Shown here: piece after piece, positions 57,942 to 64,000 of the stretch
How positions within the stretch are numbered: position 1 is the first letter of the stretch
Layout: every line of letters begins with the position of its first letter
NCBI GenBank assembly: GCA_965221125.1
Contig: CBDCRW010000004.1
Location: 640,001 to 704,000 of the forward strand
Reading direction: 5' to 3'
DNA: 64,000 nucleotides
Source: Alphaproteobacteria bacterium
Lineage (GTDB): Bacteria; Pseudomonadota; Alphaproteobacteria; UBA828
Position numbers and translations under genes: made by a program
Notes under the pieces: model-generated
The model's input: only the letters and a program-made list of their open reading frames with translations
Databases searched by the model: none
Told to the model about the DNA's origin: nothing

Positions 57942-58679
57942 ATGGCTACGATGGATCGGGACTCTGAATTCGTTGCGGAAACACTTCGCGCGTTCCGCAA
58001 GGCCCGCGGCTGGACCCAAGAGAATCTGGCCCACGCGGCAGGACTTAGTGTACGCACCATCGAGAAGGTGGAAAGCGGCAGACACTGTCCAAATGAGCAA
58101 ACGCTACGCTGCATCGCCCGAGCGTTGGGCGTGGATATAGGGTCTTTCGACAAGACTTCGCCGGAGGAAAAGAGCCATGTGAGAGAACAGATAGAACGCT
58201 TGATTAGAAAGACTTTACTGATTTCAGTTAGGCCTGTACGCACACCATCGGAATTTCTGAGTGTTTTCGACCAGCGCCATGCGTTTCGCTTCGATTACTC
58301 CGAGGTTACGGACGAAGAAGACGTCGACACGGTCGCCGAGATGATCGATTGGATCTCCGACCTCTGTGACGTTTGGGTTGAATGCTCAATGTCACAAAGA
58401 TTGGAATACGCGAGTAGTTTCGTCGACCTGTGCAAGAGGCTCGAGGAAAAGAAGTATTACTGCTACATGGGCCATCATAGGCAACAAGAATGTGTTGGAG
58501 GCAAGCGTGGCATGATTTTCGAGGTAGGTGTCATGTCGATACGTCCCATGGACGAGTTAGAAAAGGAGCAATGTCTGATGGTTCAACTTGAAGACGATTG
58601 GGAGACACTGGTGCAAGATCGACCATCACTGGATCAGATTCTCAGGGGAACCGCTTTCCATGAAGAGGCCGCCTCGTAA
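57942..58679 (+). CDS. XRE-family HTH protein with uncharacterised C-terminal domain
   Basis: GAAGGAGG RBS; RKARGWTQENLAHAAGLSVRTIEKVESG. Confidence 0.85.
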   Translation: MATMDRDSEFVAETLRAFRKARGWTQENLAHAAGLSVRTIEKVESGRHCPNEQTLRCIARALGVDIGSFDKTSPEEKSHVREQIERLIRKTLLISVRPVRTPSEFLSVFDQRHAFRFDYSEVTDEEDVDTVAEMIDWISDLCDVWVECSMSQRLEYASSFVDLCKRLEEKKYYCYMGHHRQQECVGGKRGMIFEVGVMSIRPMDELEKEQCLMVQLEDDWETLVQDRPSLDQILRGTAFHEEAAS

Positions 58680-58714
58680 CACAGAGTGCAACCCGAATAT
58701 CGGCGAATGACGAT

Positions 58715-59151
58715 CCTCTGAGCCCGAACTCCAACGCCCCGTCGCCGGCAGCCCCCGGCCACGACAGCCTCGGACGTTGGGCCCATCGTCGCCGCGCCCA
58801 CGCCGCGGTTTGGTGCCGCCTCCACGACCACCGACACGAACCGGCCGGCTCGCGAAACAGCTGTCGCCACTTGAACACCTGATTGACGTTGACGTCGTAA
58901 CGCTGCGCGACCACCGCCACCGAAACCCTGGGCTCATAGGTCTCCGCCACGATCTGCCGCTTCTTTCCCTCGCTCCACCGACGACGGCGACGAACCCGCC
59001 CGCCATCCTCCGCGCCCGCCTCTTCCTCTCCAACTGACATCATCAGGTGTCCACCAAGAAATAAGTGGACACTCAGGAAGCGCCCGCTTCCCGATCGCTA
59101 AATCTGCCGAAGCTCACGCGACCGGAACAGGCGGCCTACACCGGATGGTTG
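58715..59151 (-). mobile_element. IS66-family remnant (frameshifted tnpA only)
   Basis: RRRRWSEGKKRQIVAET..VAQRYDVNVNQVFKWR, then FVSVVVE in another frame; end-like GCAACCATCCGGTG at ~59151; no tnpB/tnpC. Confidence 0.75.
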
Positions 59152-59176
59152 CGGCTAGGGCTCTCTTTGCCATCGA

Positions 59177-59626
59177 TCAAACCCTCCCCTCCTTTCGCAG
59201 GGCGATCAGCACGTCCGCAAGCTTCCCTAGTCGCCGAAGTACCAAGGGGTCGGTTAGCTTCGCCACAAACTCGTCGCGTTCGACTTCGCTATCCGCTTCT
59301 ACAGGCATAGTTTGAGATCCGTTCTGACGTTCAAGGAAATTCGCTGGGAGCGTGACGCAATCTGCGGTGCCTACCTGTGCGACTGTCTCCGCTATTAGAG
59401 CGGTCGTGTCTATACATCGGTGTAGCGGCAACTCTTCGGATTGACGCGACCAGCGATCGCCGGTGTGCCGAAGTATCTTTACCGAGAGCTGGCGTGGATC
59501 ATACTGTGCCCACCCCAAGCTCAAGTACCGACAGTCGGTCCGGTGCTCAGGGCGGTGGCCGTCATGCTGCGCGTAGTCGAGCAAGACGACAGGGCGATGC
59601 TTTAGAGTCCGAGGATTTGGAGGCAT
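59177..59626 (-). CDS. DUF6530-like protein
   Basis: LKHRPV..Y..DG..LSLGWAQY..SVK..RHTGDRWSRQSEELPLHR. Confidence 0.8.
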   Translation of the reverse strand: MPPNPRTLKHRPVVLLDYAQHDGHRPEHRTDCRYLSLGWAQYDPRQLSVKILRHTGDRWSRQSEELPLHRCIDTTALIAETVAQVGTADCVTLPANFLERQNGSQTMPVEADSEVERDEFVAKLTDPLVLRRLGKLADVLIALRKEGRV

Positions 59627-59874
59627 GGTCGAATTCCTGTCAGTGCCGTCACTAATATCAGTAAACGCAGTGCGCTTGTCAAGGGCGAGGTAGGGGACTC
59701 GGCTCGTCTGGGGATCAATCAAGAATTGTGATTCGGCGGCTCGGAGGAAGTCGGTCCGAGACGCTACCTCTGCGCTCGGCCCCATGCGGGGTCCCAGCGC
59801 CTCGCGCCGTCCTTCAGTGTCGGCGCCGCCATTTCTTGCGAAAATGGCCGGCTGCGTGCCACCGAGGAGTAGCT

Positions 59875-60432
59875 ATGCCATCAGCGAAACAGGGGAATGC
59901 CGCTACCGGAATGGATACAAGGCTGATGTGTGAGCTGCTCGGACAGGCGGCGGTCAACGACGATGGCAAGCTTCAATTGCTCCGCGAAACGGCCGCCGAT
60001 CCCGGGGTCGCGGCATTGCTCAGATTCCTGGTCGACCAGCGCTGGCTCAGGGAAGACGGCCCCGGGGCTTGGATCGTCACCCCAGCCGGCCGTTTCTGGT
60101 TCCAGAGCCTCGACTACGGCGACACTGTGAAGTTCCACGAGTATGGGGGCGCGGTGTTCCTGCTCCAAGTCAGATTGAACCACGGCGAGACCATCGTCTG
60201 GCACAAGGGCCGGTTCGCCACCATCAACATCGAATTCATACCCCAGCCGGAGCACTTCGAGATCAGGAGAGAGAACGAGTCGACGACCACATCCGGCGGG
60301 GTGGGCATGCGGGAGGCACTGGCCGTGGCGTGCGGGCTCCTGGCGGAGAATCTGGAATCGCCGCAGCCGCCCCAGCCGCCTCAGCGGGAGGAGCTCCGGC
60401 TGCACATGCTGGACTACCTGGAGCGGTTGTGA
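59875..60432 (+). CDS. Hypothetical protein with winged-helix-like N-terminus
   Basis: GAGGAG RBS; LVDQRWL..WIVTPAGR. Confidence 0.65.
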   Translation: MPSAKQGNAATGMDTRLMCELLGQAAVNDDGKLQLLRETAADPGVAALLRFLVDQRWLREDGPGAWIVTPAGRFWFQSLDYGDTVKFHEYGGAVFLLQVRLNHGETIVWHKGRFATINIEFIPQPEHFEIRRENESTTTSGGVGMREALAVACGLLAENLESPQPPQPPQREELRLHMLDYLERL

Positions 60433-60434
60433 AC

Positions 60435-61904
60435 CTACTCGCCCGCACCCGCCGGCTCATCCGGGACATGCGCCTCCCACTCGGCCTCGCTGTTGATCGG
60501 ACCGCGATCGAGCAGCGCGAATAGCGAGCGGCGGGCGAGGCCCTGTCCCGACGCGAGGGCGTCGTCCAGCTCCTTTTCCCGCTTCCGCGGGTGCTTGCTG
60601 ACGGTGCCGTGGACAACCTTCGATCGCGTTCGGTAGAACGACTTCATCGCCTTGGAGACCGCGCGGCGGTCGTCGTCGGATTGGCCCAGGAGCCACGCGG
60701 CGCGCCCGCCGATCTTGCGCCTGATCTCGCCGTCATCGAACGGACCGTAAATGGCCTCCAGGGCAACGCTGGCATCGATGAGCCGGTCCTCCGCGCCGAA
60801 TCTGCCGCCGGCGATGCCCAGGGAGGAGGCGGCGCGGCGGATGGCCAGCTCCGTGCTGCGGTCCCCCTTCCCCGCGCAGAACGCCACCCACCCGCGGGCC
60901 GCAGCCGTGAACTCGCGGAGGTCCGGCACGGATGGTTTGAGGTCCTCGGGCCAAATATCGAACACGCCGATTTGGCTCCCAGCGGAATCGGTGCGGAGAT
61001 TGGGGTTCAACTGCTTCATCCACAGCGGCACCACCGTGAACGCGGTGTGGCTCACCAGTTTCGATCGCACTGCGATGCTCAACAGGTGCAGCAGGGTGTC
61101 GCGTTCGTCGAACATGTCGGTCAATGACTCGATGCGATGGTCCGCCGGGAACCAGTACCTGTGCTGGAGGGAATGGTCCGTGCTGCCGGAATCCTGGCGG
61201 GGCGCTGCCCCGGGGCCCCAGTTGAACCGGCGGACCAGGACGGCGCGCGAGGAAGCGTGGCCAAATCTGCCGGGATGCCGGTCCAGCCCTCCGTCCCTCT
61301 GGTGGACCCACGGCTCCGGATCTTCGGGCAGCCCAAAGCGCTCTCTGACGGCGTCGTAGGAGGCGAGATATGCGCCCCGGCCGAGCGACATCGGCTCGTC
61401 GAACTCGAGGCCGTGGAGCACTGTGATCTCATGGGCGTGCAGGCGCACGTCATTCCCGGCGACGAGGAAGCGGTGCAGCAGCGTCGCCGCGTACGTGCCG
61501 CCGACCCTCGCCGACAACTTGGCGAGGAAGGAAATCAGGAACTTGACGTCACCGGTCGCGCGTCCGTACACGGCTCCAAGACGAAACCCGCCCTCCGATC
61601 CGGAGGACCACGCCTGCGCGATGGCCGGATGCTCGCGCAGCACGTCCAGCACGCCGTCCGGCAAGGCGTCGACCTGGAGATAGTGTTCGTCGAACAGCTT
61701 GGCGGCATAGGCGTCGGTGTTGGCGAGGGCCGCCATTTCCAGGTAGCGGCGGTGCCGTTCCCTCCGGTAGGCGTCTATCTTCATTGATCCGTGCATGTCA
61801 GACGGAACGCGCAGGTGTCGCGCTCCCGCGAGCGTGTCTTCGAGGGCAGTGCCGAATCGGCGGATCCACGCTTTCCGGTCGAACTTCTCAGGGGTCGCGA
61901 TCAT
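60435..61904 (-). CDS. ApeA-like HEPN-domain protein
   Basis: DRLIDASVALEAIY...RAAWLL...FYRTRSKVVHG (Rx4H). Confidence 0.82.
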   Translation of the reverse strand: MIATPEKFDRKAWIRRFGTALEDTLAGARHLRVPSDMHGSMKIDAYRRERHRRYLEMAALANTDAYAAKLFDEHYLQVDALPDGVLDVLREHPAIAQAWSSGSEGGFRLGAVYGRATGDVKFLISFLAKLSARVGGTYAATLLHRFLVAGNDVRLHAHEITVLHGLEFDEPMSLGRGAYLASYDAVRERFGLPEDPEPWVHQRDGGLDRHPGRFGHASSRAVLVRRFNWGPGAAPRQDSGSTDHSLQHRYWFPADHRIESLTDMFDERDTLLHLLSIAVRSKLVSHTAFTVVPLWMKQLNPNLRTDSAGSQIGVFDIWPEDLKPSVPDLREFTAAARGWVAFCAGKGDRSTELAIRRAASSLGIAGGRFGAEDRLIDASVALEAIYGPFDDGEIRRKIGGRAAWLLGQSDDDRRAVSKAMKSFYRTRSKVVHGTVSKHPRKREKELDDALASGQGLARRSLFALLDRGPINSEAEWEAHVPDEPAGAGE

Positions 61905-62534
61905 CGAGCTGCGGTCGTGCGAAAGCAGGTAGGATCGGGGCAAGCGTTTGCGGGATGATTCACGAGCCACTGGGAGACGTCGATGGCCCGGCACCGTGGA
62001 GCATTTCCATGTGAAGCTTCCTGGCGGCGTGCCTCCGATTCTGATGTCGGTTTCGTAAGGCAAGTTGTTGCTCGACCATGGCGAGGACCGCGGCTGGTTC
62101 TCCGACTTAAGTCAACGATGCAGTATCGCGTCTGACAAGCTTGGCTCAACCGAGCGCGAGTTGCACCGCTGGCGGATCCCCGCTCCGGCAGACGGTTGGT
62201 CGATCGACTCGACGTTCTCCCCGGACGCGCTGCGCCGCTTGCCTATCGGCCAACACGTCGTCCTTGTCCTGGATCGGAAGAACGTGCGTTCGGCGAGCCA
62301 AGTCGGTGTCGCGGTCGCCATAGCACTTGTCGCCCGGATGATTGTGTTGGCAACGTTGAATGAGTTCGCGCCCCATGCGAAGCTCAGGACCGCCCTGAAC
62401 ATATGGTCACTGACCACTCGAACAGAGCCGTCTCGACAGATTTTCGTCCTGGAGCCACGCCAACGTATTGGGCCAGACTAGGTATTGTGGAGTTCCCCCT
62501 TACTTACTCTGCAGAGAGAGAAAGGACAGCGTAC

Positions 62535-62837
62535 TTGAAAATTAGGAATCGCAATGGAACTGCGGATAACAGGTGCAGTTGCAGAACGTGGAAGCAGCAT
62601 TGGATGAATGTGACTGGCCGTAGGTGGCCGAAAGCGTGTGGCGTCTTGGGCTGCAGGAATCCTGCGGAACTCGGAGCTCATGTGCAGCTCGATGACGGAC
62701 GGTCCAAAGAACGTTGGTACATCCTTCCAATGTGCAGAACCTGCAACGGAAAGAAGCATAACCTAGAGGCCAAAATGGATAGAAGATACTATCTGGCTTG
62801 GGCTCGCAAATCCAAGACGTGTGACAAGTACTTTTAG
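62535..62837 (+). CDS. Small Cys/His-rich HNH-like Zn protein
   Basis: AAAGGA RBS and TTG start; CSC..WKQHW..C....C..GAHV..WYILPMCRTCN. Confidence 0.7.
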   Translation: MKIRNRNGTADNRCSCRTWKQHWMNVTGRRWPKACGVLGCRNPAELGAHVQLDDGRSKERWYILPMCRTCNGKKHNLEAKMDRRYYLAWARKSKTCDKYF

Positions 62838-62854
62838 TCGTAGAACTCGCTTAT

Positions 62855-63994
62855 TCAGGATCCACCGCCCTTCGAGCCAGGGCGGCCTGTAGCGCGGGGG
62901 GCGATCAGAATGTCGAGCATTTCGCGGGCACAATAAACGCGGTTGCGTCTTGCGTCGCCGACGGGCGAGACGACACCGGCCATCTCCAGCCGGTCGATGG
63001 CGCGTCGAGCCGTCGTATAGGCCACATCCAGCTCTTTCGCGATCCCGCCCACGGTCCAGTAGGGGTTTTCGACGAAGAGGCGTAGCACCTTCTCCGGTCG
63101 CCCGGACTGAATGCCGGCCAGTTCTTCCCGCCAATCCTCGAACAGGCCGTCGATCTCCTCCATGCGATCAATTGCGTCGTCGGCTTGAAGCCGGACGCCG
63201 CACAGGAAATAGATGAGCCACTTCTCCCACGCCCCTTCCCGCGTCACCGCGAGCAGACGGGCATAGTACTCGTCGCGCGTCTCCTCGAAATATGCGCTCA
63301 GATAGAGGAGCGGTGACGGCAGCACTTCACGCTGCACCAGCAGGAGAGTGATGAGCAGGCGGCCGACACGGCCGTTGCCGTCGAGAAACGGATGAATGGC
63401 CTCGAACTGCGCGTGTGCGAGGCCGGCATGGATGAGCGGCGGCAGGGTGTCGTCATGAAGAAACCGCTCCAAGGAGTCGAGGCAGGCCATGAGTTCGTCG
63501 GCGGGCGGTGGCACGTAGCTCGCTTCGCTCAAGCTACAGCCGGGCGGTCCGATCCAGTTCTGGCTGCGCCGGAACTCACCGGGCGTCGCCGTGTCGCCAC
63601 GCACGCCGCGCATGAGACACTCATGGACTTCCCGGATGAGACGCAAGGACAGGGGCAGCGCATCCAGCCGTTCCAATCCGTACTCCAGGGCCTCAACGTA
63701 GTTGACGACCTCTTCGAGATCGTCGGAGGCGGGCCCGACGGTCGCACCCGCCTGGGCGGCCAGCAACTCCTCAAGTGTGGTCCGCGTGCCCTCGATCCGG
63801 CTTGACAGCACCGCTTCCCGGCGAAGGAACGGGCTGATAAAGAGATGCGGATTGGGAAAGCGCCAGCCTTCGCCCGCGAGCCGGCCGATCGCCCGATCCG
63901 CGCCAGAGAGCGCGGCGACGAGTTCTGCGTCCCATGCGATCGGCGGAGCCAGCGGCGCCGGCACGAAGGCGGTGTAGCCGCCGGGGCCTTGCAC
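62855..63994 (-). CDS. Fic-domain protein with C-terminal HTH (5' end probably outside the window)
   Basis: EAVLSSRIEG, PGEFRRSQNWIG, HPFLDGNGRVGR. Confidence 0.93.
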   Translation of the reverse strand: MQGPGGYTAFVPAPLAPPIAWDAELVAALSGADRAIGRLAGEGWRFPNPHLFISPFLRREAVLSSRIEGTRTTLEELLAAQAGATVGPASDDLEEVVNYVEALEYGLERLDALPLSLRLIREVHECLMRGVRGDTATPGEFRRSQNWIGPPGCSLSEASYVPPPADELMACLDSLERFLHDDTLPPLIHAGLAHAQFEAIHPFLDGNGRVGRLLITLLLVQREVLPSPLLYLSAYFEETRDEYYARLLAVTREGAWEKWLIYFLCGVRLQADDAIDRMEEIDGLFEDWREELAGIQSGRPEKVLRLFVENPYWTVGGIAKELDVAYTTARRAIDRLEMAGVVSPVGDARRNRVYCAREMLDILIAPRATGRPGSKGGGS

Positions 63995-64000
63995 ATTGCG

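Noticed and set aside
62065-62481. Short overlapping ORFs on both strands
   Set aside because: No recognisable motif or convincing RBS; I cannot support any as a gene.
1-64000. CRISPR array, tRNA or rRNA genes
   Set aside because: No regularly spaced repeat-spacer units and no tRNA- or rRNA-like sequence were seen by eye; the repeats found are dispersed or terminal.

Overview
This GC-rich window looks like a decayed MOBF conjugative or mobilizable element (ICE or plasmid type; the gene set suggests Alphaproteobacteria, which is inference). It carries several nested mobile elements. 1-32 kb is an almost entirely minus-strand establishment backbone: Toprim protein, NADAR, SSB, SLOG protein, methylase-strawberry-notch helicase, RadC/JAB, GHKL ATPase and ParB, with HicAB on the opposite strand. 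Two tyrosine-recombinase trio elements interrupt it. One is a GInt-like island (~2.5-11.3 kb) integrated exactly at the Pro-Phe-stop end of ssb and carrying its own RecD2 helicase and ssb. The other is a RIT element (~21.2-24.6 kb) with ~85-bp terminal inverted repeats and a 32-bp perfect palindrome that contains an inverted near-copy of its target core. 32-36.6 kb is a TGTTG-ended Mu/Tn7-like transposon (Zn-finger protein, DDE transposase, AAA+ ATPase, RepA-like helicase). Next come IS1380, a Septu-like ATPase/HNH pair, the MOBF relaxase with a candidate oriT, rearranged gene fragments (SLOG, NADAR, truncated coupling protein), a MoxR ATPase, SulP and IS256. The last ~9 kb is a lower-GC cluster of defence-like genes (REase fused to an NDT/TIR-like domain, two HEPN-type proteins, an HNH-like Zn protein, Fic). 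No CRISPR array, tRNA, rRNA or reverse transcriptase was seen. All family calls are by motif recognition, not database search.
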